Below are positions 1 to 9,963 of a stretch of DNA of 57,388 bases, piece after piece. The notes beneath the pieces are model-generated. The model saw only the letters and a list, made by a program, of their open reading frames with translations, did not search any database and was not told where the DNA came from. Numbering within the stretch: position 1 is the first letter of the stretch; the number at the start of each line of letters is the position of its first letter. This stretch comes from Vitrella brassicaformis CCMP3155 (lineage: Eukaryota > Protista > Chromerida): contig CDMY01000527.1 of the NCBI GenBank assembly GCA_001179505.1, forward strand, positions 1 to 57,388. Reading direction: 5' to 3'. A program made the position numbers and the translations under genes.

Positions 1-1
1 C

Positions 2-256
2 TGCCCTCTGGTGGTGACGTGTGACGGTGTGTGGGGACACGATGCCAACGTGTTCATCGCCCACATGGCTCATGCGCTGTTGGAGAAGGAGGGGTGGAAG
101 GGTCGGGGGTTCAGTCATGTGTCTGAATGGATTCGCTCTCGCTTGTCTATCGCCCTCGCGCGTGCGACTAGCTTTTGTCTGCGTGGGGGAGGGAGGGAAG
201 GGTTTGCGGGACTGGGGTGTGCTGATGGGGCGGGGATTGATCCCTCCTCCCCTTGA
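2..256 (+). mobile_element. 3' end of a non-LTR retrotransposon ORF (CRE/SLACS-like, RLE clade), cut by the window start
   Basis: Frame 2 reads CPLVVTCDGVWGHDANVF...WIRSRLSIALARATSFCLRG...DGAGI then TGA. This resembles the C-terminus I recall for CRE-like elements (PLV..DG..G.EA..F..RL....W.R.RLS.AL.RA...CLRG). No RT core is in the window. Confidence 0.72.
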
Positions 257-348
257 GCCTGTTTGACTCTGCGTGCTGATGGGACTGTATTTGTATGAGT
301 ATCACGGACACACAGACGAGTGTTACGGTTAATGACAGTTTCCCCCCT

Positions 349-422
349 CATCATACCCATGGGAATGATCATCATAGCCATGGGAATGATAGCCTGGCCG
401 GCCAGTTATTTCCCCGGCCAGG
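349..422. repeat. Tandem 21-mer (x2) followed by a GC-rich inverted repeat
   Basis: CATCATAC/GCCATGGGAATGAT-type unit at 349-369 and 370-390 (1 mismatch). CCTGGCCGG 393-401 pairs with CCGGCCAGG 414-422. Confidence 0.8.
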
Positions 423-553
423 GACACAACACTTGGCTTGAGCGTCATCTTCACCCACGCACGCCACTGTTCTTTTCATTTGAGAAATGAGTCATGACCG
501 CCGCTTTTGCCTCTTTGAATCATGAGAAACGGAGGCTACACCTCACACTGAAG

Positions 554-1068
554 AGAAGGCCTTGAAAGAGTGCTGCTGTCTCTCTGGCTCATTTGTGATG
601 AAGCTGCGGCTGCCTACCCGCTGCGGTGCATGGCAGTGCCCATCAGCACAAAGAGAAACTTTAAGGTGGCCTACAGAGAGGAAGAGAGAGAGTCAAAAGC
701 GCAGTATATATGATCCGCCAGGTACACACCTTCGGTCACATCCTTCCGCTGATGGCAGCGGCCGTGGGTGGTGTCGTTGACCAGCTGCCCTGGGCGCTGA
801 AGACGACCACCACGCGCGAAGGGCGTTAGGAGCGCCATGCCGATGGCGCACCCGGCCTTGAGTGAATGCGGCGGACGAATGGGTCGACAGAGTGCCTGCC
901 GGGCAGCGAGTCGGGCAGCTCTGCTGCCAAATGACAAATCGAAGGCAAACAGGAAAGCAGAGAAGAGGGAGCGTCGTTGAAGGAGAGAGAGCTCAGTTCA
1001 TGACGAAAAAAAGAGAGCAGCGGACGCCGTCTCCCCTGTCTCGCGTCGAGAATTCTCGCCGGTTCTGT
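554..1068 (+). repeat. Copy A (partial) of a ~660 bp upstream unit
   Basis: Closely matches ~30012-30528 and the reverse complement of 56714-57250. Ends just after the palindrome CGAGAATTCTCG (1047-1058). Confidence 0.9.
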
Positions 1069-1254
1069 AGTCCAGTTCGAAAGACATGGAGAAACCGTGT
1101 TTGGAATGTAATTCTTCAGAGGCACTCTCAGCGAAGTCGACCCTAGGGTGCTGCTTGAAACCGCTCCTTCTCCCCCCTAGATTCAAAGCTCGCAATTTTC
1201 TGAGAGGCGCCGTTTGCGCGGATCTGCACCGTGCCGTGCTTCCAAGGTGGGACG

Positions 1255-2588
1255 ATGCAACGGTCTACAATGCGTTCCATTACCCGTCGGCTCTTTCCTC
1301 TCATCCACGTCCGGCACATCCGAACCGCACCCAGATCAGCCACCCCGACTCATCCAAAGAAGAGGCCGCAGACACCAGATGCAGCCACGGCTGACCTGTG
1401 GTCGCCCTATCGCTTCGAAGATCTGGGTGGCGGCATCCATCCCATCCTCATCGAAGCGATGCGCGCGCAGGGCATCGACCGGCCCACCACCATCCAGCAA
1501 CGCTCCTACAACCTGCTTGCAGAGGGCCGGGACTGCGTGGTGGCGTCTGAAACGGGCAGCGGCAAGACGCTTGCCTACCTGTTGCCGCTGCTGAACCAGC
1601 TGTATCACGTGCACGACTTGGTGGAGGCGTCGAGGGCTGCGCAGGACGGGCAGGTGAACCCTCTGAAGGAGCTGAGGCCGTGGGTGGTGCTGGCGCCCAC
1701 ACGCGACCTCTGTGCACAGGTGAGAGGGAGAGGGGGACAGGGCGGGCGTGTCTGCTCATCCATCAGCCTGTGTTGTGTACAGATATGTCAGATGGCTCAG
1801 TCGATTGACCCGCTGGGGCGGCTGTCCATCCAGACACTCGTCGAGCTGCCCAAGTTCCCACACTCCAGGTACGTCACACGTCACACAGAAGAGTACCCAG
1901 ACCCATCAGTCTGCCTGTCTGATTGGTTCCACCATCAACAGGGCAGGTGTCGATCCCTTCCGCGTCCCTACCGGACCGTTGCCGAAGCATCTGCGGCACC
2001 TGCGGGGCATCGACCCATCCGACAGTGTGCTGCAGGACCTGTCGCTGCAGCGACAGCCACAGCCCGTCATCGTGGCCCCGAGGATCAGGTGGGGCGCCGT
2101 CGACCTGGTCGTCACCATGCCCATCAAGCTCCTGCAGGACCTCCTCAGGTGCGCGTGACCATGTGTGGTGAGTGGGGTGTGGAAACCTGACAGACGGCTG
2201 TTTTGTCTTTCTCTGTTTAGGTGTAGGTTTGTGGGCGAGAGTGTGTATCCGTCATGTCTGGTGTTCGATGAGGTGGACGAGCACTTCCAGAGCGTCACCA
2301 GGAACCTCAATTTGACATCGTCAAGGTGGGTCACTCACAGAGACCCACATGGCGCTTTTTCTCATGCGTGATCTCTTGCTGTTGACAGCACCTTCGCCCC
2401 CGCCCGCCCATCCGTCAATATGACGAGATCCGCCGGCCGCTTTGGCGCCACTAGTCCCCACCCAATTCGTGTTTGTGGGCGCCACACAGCCAACCGGGGG
2501 ATGGTGCACCACTGGCGCAATGATCATCGAACGGTGACCATCCGACCCATCCTCACAGATGCAGATGGACAGACAGGAGAGGCAAAGA

Positions 2589-2623
<35 letters not shown>

Positions 2624-2787
2624 CAGGTTCCACGTGGCCGAGCAGCTGTGGACGGCGGGTCTGCACGCCATCTCGCCTTTGGTGAGTCAGCGGTGGCTGG
2701 AGGTGCCGGCCGACAAGAACACCTTCGAGCAGAAGCTCGACATGCTCCTGACGGTCCTGAACCAGATGCCAAAGGACAGAACACTCA
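1255..2787 (+). pseudogene. Truncated, frameshifted duplicate of the DEAD-box helicase at 30713
   Basis: Motif I ASETGSGKT, Ia VLAPTRDL and II DEVD are present with the same introns as the 30.7 kb copy. There is a 1-nt deletion near 2310 and a 2-nt insertion near 2440. Homology stops at 2787, before motifs V/VI. Confidence 0.88.
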
Positions 2788-2940
2788 CCTGTCCGTTTGT
2801 GTTTCAGACATCGCTGCTTACATTTTATATCTGATGACTGATCATCAACATGTGGACGTGCCGCCACGCGTAAGGCTGCCGTCCAGCAGCCAGAAGGGTC
2901 GCAATGGCGTCCGAAGGGCGACTCGCCGGCCAGTGAGCCC
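2788..2940 (+). repeat. RCLHFI acceptor-exon module (long type), joined to the helicase breakpoint
   Basis: CTGTCCGTTTGTGTTTCAG|ACATCGCTGCTTACATTTTATATCTG...CAGCCAGAAGGGTCGCAATGGCG matches the minus strand of 13895-14115, 18310-18415 and 25846-25950. Confidence 0.85.
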
Positions 2941-3569
2941 TTGACGTTGGGCGTCGACATACGTGTTCCCACGGTCTGCGGGCTATGCAATTTGAAGGTG
3001 CTGTTGCGGCGGCTGAATGGCGTCAAGGAAGACACAGAAGTAGCTGACTGCTTGGCGGGCGGGTGGTGTGTGCACTGCGTGTCTGGTGGCGTGTGCGTCA
3101 TTTCTGCTGGTGCATGATGTAGTGCATGACAATGATCTGGCCCAGATTCACCCACTCATTCTTCTGAGCCCCTGCCTAAGGGAAAAGACATTGTTAGTGA
3201 GGTGTGGCAATTTGGAAGGGAAATCATTGCTGCCTCCATTTGTATCTGTCGGTGATGGTGATCAGCCCGTAGCTGTGTCTGCAGTGCCTGCATGATCAAT
3301 TCTCTTCGCTCCTAGCTGAGTCCTTGTTGAGTGGATGTCGATGTGTGAGTGAGGGAGACCAGTGGGAGGGAAAGGAAACGTTCCGCCAGTTAGCGACCCG
3401 GGCCCATTGCAAACTTCGGCTAGAACATCAATGTCACAATCCCTGCCACTATCGTTCAAGGCTTCGCTTCCCTAATCGGCATTTCACGTTTCTCGGGCCT
3501 AAAATTTCCCGTGAAACGTTTTTTTCAGCATCCACACACACACACAGATTCTTTCGTTCGCACAACAGC

Positions 3570-4591
3570 ATGGACGAAATCCTCACGATTTGCTTCGTAT
3601 TTTTCGGGGCGCCGGCCCTCACAACCATATTGTACCCGTAAGAATGCACAGCGGATGTGGGGATGGATGAGATGCATCTGCACGTTGATGGTAAGTATGT
3701 CATGCCGTCCGTCCTTATTTGCATATGCATTCAGCATAAATCGCCAAGAGCAGTGGCCGGACTGCTATGAAGGCTATGAGGGCTATGAGGGTGAGCCACT
3801 GGAGGGTGAGACCATCATGCATTCACAAAAGAGGAGAGAGATCCTGTGGACAGCAACCATAGTGCGTGTGTATGTGTTGTGTGCTGCAGACGACGAGGGC
3901 GTAGAGAGCCGCTGCTGTAGAGGCATTGCGGGCATCTATTGCAAGGGGGAGGGCAAGAAAACCGACGACCCGCCCGCGAGTGTGCCGGTGACCTGTGAGG
4001 CGCCCGTGCTGCGCAACACCAAGGCTTCTCTTCTCAACTCGACTGTGACCGGCGAATGGGTGCCTGTGCCTGATGAGGGCGGGCTGCCTCCCAGCAGCGC
4101 CTTCAGCTACACGGTCGGGATGCAGGTCGCTTACGAGTGCGTCCAGGGCTACCGCAGTGACCACCCCATCACGGCGGTCTGCACCAAGGAGGGCATCTTC
4201 GAGTATGACGAGAAGGACGAGTGCGTCCCCATCTCGTGCCCTTCGTCCGACACGCACAACCAGCCGCACCGACGGCAGACGGGCCACTCCTACCATGTGG
4301 GCGACGTGGTAACCTTCTCGTGTGCCGAGGGCACCCTCAATGGCCCCAGCGACATCACATGTGAGCCGTCGGGAATGTGGTCGTCTGACCCAACGGACAT
4401 CACCTGCACAGCCATCTCATGCGATGCCATCGACCTCAACGCCACACGGGGGCGGCGCCAATCGCTGCAGCAGATAGCCCCGTTGAGCAGTGAGGGAGGC
4501 CTCTGGACACTGACGGCGGCGGCGTGGCGCGAGGCGCCTGTGAGCGACGAGGCGTCTGAGGAGGACAAAGCCGTGCAGATCATCATGAAGG
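3570..4591 (+). CDS. Secreted Sushi/CCP-domain protein whose 3' part is dynein-derived (runs into N gap)
   Basis: Exons 3570-3637 (MDEILTICFVFFGAPALTTILYP, signal-like), 3735-3805 and 3890 onward splice in frame via GT-AG. Two Sushi-like units (CEAP..YEC..AVC..DEC; CPSS..FSC..ITC..W..TC) and the start of a third. Confidence 0.7.
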
Positions 4592-4891
4592 NNNNNNNNN
4601 NNNNNNNNNNNNNNNNNNNNNNNNNNNNNNNNNNNNNNNNNNNNNNNNNNNNNNNNNNNNNNNNNNNNNNNNNNNNNNNNNNNNNNNNNNNNNNNNNNNN
4701 NNNNNNNNNNNNNNNNNNNNNNNNNNNNNNNNNNNNNNNNNNNNNNNNNNNNNNNNNNNNNNNNNNNNNNNNNNNNNNNNNNNNNNNNNNNNNNNNNNNN
4801 NNNNNNNNNNNNNNNNNNNNNNNNNNNNNNNNNNNNNNNNNNNNNNNNNNNNNNNNNNNNNNNNNNNNNNNNNNNNNNNNNNNNNNNNNNN
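4592..4891. other. Assembly gaps of 300 N (also 6584-6883, 29552-29851, 47922-48221)
   Basis: Fixed 300-N length. Comparison with duplicates implies true sizes of about 70 bp (4592) or negative (29552). Confidence 0.95.
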
Positions 4892-5023
4892 CCACAACAC
4901 ACCACAACACACCACAACACACCACAACACAACACAACAGAACCACACACACACACACACACGACATGGATGGATGGATGGATGGATCTCTCTCCCTCTC
5001 TTTCTCTCTCTGCGTGTGTATAG

Positions 5024-5754
5024 GTGACGTTGGTAGGGAGCGGCAGGCCGCCGCTGATGTTGGTGAGCGGCGTCACCGACCAGGACGGCGGCCCTATCTT
5101 CGCCTCCTTCTCGGTCAACAGCCCCGTACGACCAGATCACCGACGCCGGGGTGCTACGGCAGTTCATGCAGCTCAAGCTGGAGGGGTACAATGAGCAGTG
5201 CAAGGGCGCCGGCATGGACCTGGTGCTCTTCAGAGACGCCATCGAGCATTGCTGCCGCATCCACAGGGTGATCTCGCTGCCTAAGGGCAACGCGCTGCTT
5301 GTGGGGGTGGGTGGGTCCCGCCGGCATTCGATGACGCGGCTGGCTTCGTTCATCTGGGAGTCCGATTTCTTCGAGATTGAGATCAGCAAGAAGTACAGAC
5401 ACATGGAGTTCCAGGAAGACCTCAAGAAGCTCTACCACACTGCAGGGGTCAGTGACATAGCTCATGCGCACACAGGGGCATCGGTAGGTACGTCCATGTG
5501 TTTGTCAGGTGAAAGGCAAGGCCACCACTTTCCTGTTCTCTGACACGGAGATCGTCACCGAGCTGTTCATCGAGGACGTCAACAACCTTTTGGGGTCTGG
5601 CGAGGTGACCAGCCTCTTCGTGGCAGACGAGCTGAGCGCCGTCCGCGCTGAGCTCGAGAAGCCCGCCAAGCAGAGGTGCCTCATGGCCGAGCCGCTGTAT
5701 GACTTTCTCCTCAGCAGGGTGCGGGAGAACCTGCACGTCGTCATCTGCATCTCG
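5024..5754 (+). pseudogene. Dynein heavy chain fragment (AAA4 region) with a retained intron
   Basis: PYDQITDAGVLRQFMQLKLEGYNE..MDLVLFRDAIEHCCRIHRVISLPKGNALLVGVGGSRRHSMTRLASFI..EISKKY..FQEDLKKLY..AG|VKGKATTFLFSDTEI..FIEDVNNLLGSGEV..RVRENLHVVICIS. Intron 5448-5508. Frameshift near 5122. Confidence 0.9.
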
Positions 5755-7286
5755 CTGCCTCCCAGCAGCGCCTTCATCTACACGGTCGGGATGCAGGTCG
5801 CTTACGAGTGCGTCCAGGGCTACCGCAGTGACCACCCCATCACGGCGGTCTGCACCAAGGAGGGCATCTTCGAGTATGACGAGAAGGACGAGTGCGTCCC
5901 CATCTCGTGCCCTTCGTCCGACACGCACAACCAGCCGCACCGACGGCAGACGGGCCACTCCTACCATGTGGGCGACGTGGTAACCTTCTCGTGTGCCGAG
6001 GGCACCCTCAATGGCCCCAGCGACATCACATGTGAGCCGTCGGGAATGTGGTCGTCTGACCCAACGGACATCACCTGCACAGCCATCTCATGCGATGCCA
6101 TCGACCTCAACGCCACACGGGGGCGGCGCCAATCGCTGCAGCAGATAGCCCCGTTGAGCAGTGAGGGAGGCCTCTGGACACTGACGGCGGCGGCGTGGCG
6201 CGAGGCGCCTGTGAGCGACGAGGCGTCTGAGGAGGACAAAGCCGTGCAGATCATCATGAAGGGACCCCTGCACAACGACTTCGGAATCAACCAGGTGTGT
6301 GTGACACAACACAACACAACACAACACACCACAACACACCACAACACACCACAACACACCACAACACAACACAACAGAACCACACACACACACACACACG
6401 ACATGGATGGATGGATGGATGGATCTCTCTCCCTCTCTTTCTCTCTCTGCGTGTGTATAGGTGACGTTGGTAGGGAGCGGCAGGCCGCCGCTGATGTTGG
6501 TGAGCGGCGTCACCGACCAGGACGGCGGCCCTATCTTCGCCTCCTTCTCGGTCAACAGCCCCGTACGACCAGATCACCGACGCNNNNNNNNNNNNNNNNN
6601 NNNNNNNNNNNNNNNNNNNNNNNNNNNNNNNNNNNNNNNNNNNNNNNNNNNNNNNNNNNNNNNNNNNNNNNNNNNNNNNNNNNNNNNNNNNNNNNNNNNN
6701 NNNNNNNNNNNNNNNNNNNNNNNNNNNNNNNNNNNNNNNNNNNNNNNNNNNNNNNNNNNNNNNNNNNNNNNNNNNNNNNNNNNNNNNNNNNNNNNNNNNN
6801 NNNNNNNNNNNNNNNNNNNNNNNNNNNNNNNNNNNNNNNNNNNNNNNNNNNNNNNNNNNNNNNNNNNNNNNNNNNNNNNNNNNCCTGCACAGCCATCTCA
6901 TGCGATGCCATCGACCTCAACGCCACACGGGGGCGGCGCCAATCGCTGCAGCAGATAGCCCCCGTTGAGCAGTGAGGGAGGCCTCTTCTGGACACTGACG
7001 GCGGCGGCGTGGCGCGAGGCGCCTGTGAGCGACGAGGCGTCTGAGGAGGACAAAGCCGTGCAGATCATCATGAAGGGACCCCTGCACAACGACTTCGGAA
7101 TCAACCAGGTGTGTGTGACACAACACAACACAACACAACACACCACAACACACCACAACACACCACACCACAACACAAAACAACACAACACAACACAACA
7201 CAACCACACACACGACATGGATGGATGGATCTCTCTCCCTCTCTCTCTCTCCCTCTCTCTCTCTCTCTCTGTGTGTGTGAGTGCAG

Positions 7287-8984
7287 GTGAGCAGCGGTGC
7301 CTCGGCGGGGGTCGATTCTTTGTCCTACATGGCGGCCATGGCTGGGAGTGAGGACAAGGCGGCACTCACGAGCCTGTCAGCCGTCACCAAGCGGAGACTG
7401 CGGCTCATCAACCAGCAGTACGCCAAGTTCGACCAGCACGTCGTGCTCGGTAGGTGACAGTGAATGGAATGTGTGTGGTGTGTCTTGGTGGATAAGATGA
7501 GCATCCGTATGTGTGTGTGTGTGTGTGTGTGTGTGCAGGTGAGCGCTGGAATGTGTTGAAGAAGGCCGTGTCGCTGTATGGCACCGAGGAGGCCCGCAGC
7601 GAGGCCCTCTACGAGCACGCCGCTGACACCATCGAGGCCTTGACGGCCGTCAGTGAGCGGACGGGCAGCACACTCGCCACTCTCAGCGCTAAGCTGCAAC
7701 AGGCCACCGACATGCAGAAGGCCGCTCCCCCATTCAAGGCACGTCACATGGCACACCCACACACGCACAAAGGGAGAGGCAGAGAGAGGACAGAGGCATC
7801 TACTGTGACACAATTCACTGATGTGTGTGTGTATCATGATCATGTGCAGGATTTGCGGCTGGACTACGACGCCATATCTTCCTTCGGCGAGGTCTTTGCT
7901 GTGACGGACAACGACAAGGCCATGCATGCCACCAGCAGCTGGTCCAACGGCACCATCGCCACAGCCACGTCAAGCAGCGGCGAGCAGGCTCACACGCCCA
8001 TGGCGGCCGTCGACGGCAAACAGGTCGCGCATCACACACCGCATCATCACGACATAACACGGACAGACCTTAATTTTGTGTGTGTGTGGTGTGCAGGAGA
8101 CGTATTCGGCGTCTGCCGGTCTGCCGAGCGCCGCCCCCCTGCCCGCCCCTGTCGACCTCACCATCGACCTCAGCCAGCCGCGACGCCTCAGCGAGGCCCT
8201 CGACTATGCAGCCGTCGACTATGCCGTGGTTGAGGGTCGGACAGACCGACAGGTCGACCTTCGGAGGAGGCTGCGCGAGTGCGCCAGGCGGCAGGGGCTC
8301 AACGTCTCCCTGCGCTGTCGCCAGCTCGTCCGCACCAAGCTAGGTACGGACGCAAACCACCCACAGCCACACCCAGACAGATAGACAGACAGACAGACGC
8401 TTGATTGATGCGCACCGCCCCCTCCCAATCCATCAGGTCTCGACAACGAGGAGGCCTCACGATTACTCCAACAAGCCGGCCAAGACAAGTCAGTCAGCCG
8501 CATCCCATCACCCACACCGCCGCACGAAGACACGCAGGAGGCCGACAAGAGCCCGCATGTCTCTCCAGCTGCAGTTAGGACAAGAGGGGTGTCGCGGTGG
8601 CGGGTATTCCACAATCTCTACACACACAAGGAGCTCTCTGGCGACGGAGCGGGCGAGGGCGTGTGGGAGCAGGCGCCCGAAGACACTGATGCCGGCCAGG
8701 GCGATGGTGCTGGGCAGGACAGGCATGTGGATGGGCAAGTAACTGACGAGTCCATTGTCGTCGAAGAGGAGCCTGTGAATGCTGATGACGACGATCTGGA
8801 GGAGCCGTCTGAAGCGCCCGCGGCCGATCAAGGAGACCACTCGCCGTCCGGCCCTCCCATCAATGGGCCCGAGCAGGACCAAGAGGCCGTCTCTCCGCAG
8901 GACGAGGCAGCCGACGAGCAGCCAGACACGGCTGGCAAGGCCGAGACGGCAATCGAAGCAGACGGGGGGGCTGTCGGTGATTAG
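7287..8984 (+). CDS. Multi-exon hypothetical protein (helical N-part, acidic low-complexity C-part), 5' end not identified
   Basis: Successive exons in compatible phase: VSSGASAG..KFDQHVVL|GERWNVLKK..PPFK|DLRLDYDAI..DGKQ|ETYSASAG.. ending EAPAADQG..GGAVGD-TAG. No recognisable domain. Confidence 0.5.
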
Positions 8985-8987
8985 CAC

Positions 8988-9963
8988 ATGGGGGCGGTGG
9001 CGGGGCTGCCGATTGGACGGAGGAAGGCGCGGGGTGAGGATGAGAGCAAAGGGCAAGGGCAGGAGAGGCTAAAGCCGAGCAGTGGCGTGGTCATCGAGGT
9101 CGACCTGATGGACGGCCTGACGGCAGAGCGAGACACCGTGGCCGAGGGCCGGGACAGCTGCATAATGCCGTCCCCTTCCCTCACGGTCGTCCTCGTATGG
9201 TGAGGAACACGCATGGCGACAGACAGACAGACAGACACCACAGCAATTCCATCGGGTATGTCGGGTGCGTGCGGTGCAGGGTGTTGTGCGCCAGGAAGCC
9301 GAGGCGGCGGCGCCGCGTCAGGGGCGGCCGTGTCGTGGCCCTCCGCCGCACCAAATCGTCGCCGGCCCTGCTCATGCGGCCTCAGCAGCAGGTGACTGAG
9401 TGGCAACACAGGCAGAAAAGCAGAGAACCCCACGCTGATGCACCGTGTGTGTGTATGTGTGTGTTGATGCAGAGAGAAGGAGGGCGTCGATTCGTGTGAC
9501 AGGAGATAGTCGAGGGAGCGGCAAACATTCAGCTGGGCAGGTGCACGCCACCCACACGCCCTGTCTTCGGCTGATGAACTGAGAAGGTGTCTTTCGCTGG
9601 TTCCTTACCTTTAGGAGGCGGTGGTGGCCGGGGTGGCGGCTGTGGTGCCGCAGGTGAGAGAGGAAGACCACAAGCAGACCAGACGACACAAACCGTTGAC
9701 TGCGTGTGCTGCCTTGGTGTGTGCGGCAGGTACTTTACGTGCCTGCGCACCCCGTCCACCCCGCCGTCCTGCTGCCCCAGCCCGTCGCTGCCATGCCGCC
9801 CGCACCTGCCCCAGCCCCAGCCCCTGTGCCGGTCTTCGTGGTGGTGCACCCGCCCCCGCCCCAGCTGCCGCTGCCCGTGCGCGAGCACGTCAAGAAGATG
9901 GCGGCCTACAAGCAGCTGGTGGCGGCGGGCTGGTGCCGCTTCGCGGCATACTGGGCCGCATAA
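8988..9963 (+). CDS. Four-exon Arg/Pro-rich small protein of a local family (modules O-R-Q-P)
   Basis: Exons 8988-9199, 9244-9391 (..ALRRTKSSPALLMRPQQQ), 9615-9653 and 9730-9963 (VLYVPAHPVHP..LPLPVREHVKKMAAYKQL..) splice in frame with GT-AG. Confidence 0.6.

Larger units (their letters stand above)
4084..7215 (+). repeat. Tandem triplication of a Sushi + dynein-remnant + microsatellite-intron block
   Basis: 4084-5142 is nearly identical to 5755-6583. A third partial copy lies at 6884-7215. Two N gaps fall inside. Confidence 0.8.

Noticed and set aside
393-435. Hairpin as a Helitron 3' end
   Set aside because: It is followed by CTTG rather than CTRR, and no matching 5' TC end or second copy was seen.
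1047-1058. CGAGAATTCTCG as a heat-shock element
   Set aside because: GAA and TTC are adjacent, without the nGAAnnTTCn spacing, and there is no third unit.
2805-2833. RCLHFI motif as a spliced-leader relic (CCATTTT resembles the dinoflagellate SL)
   Set aside because: It lacks GGCTCAAG, follows an acceptor rather than preceding a donor, and varies in a codon-like way.
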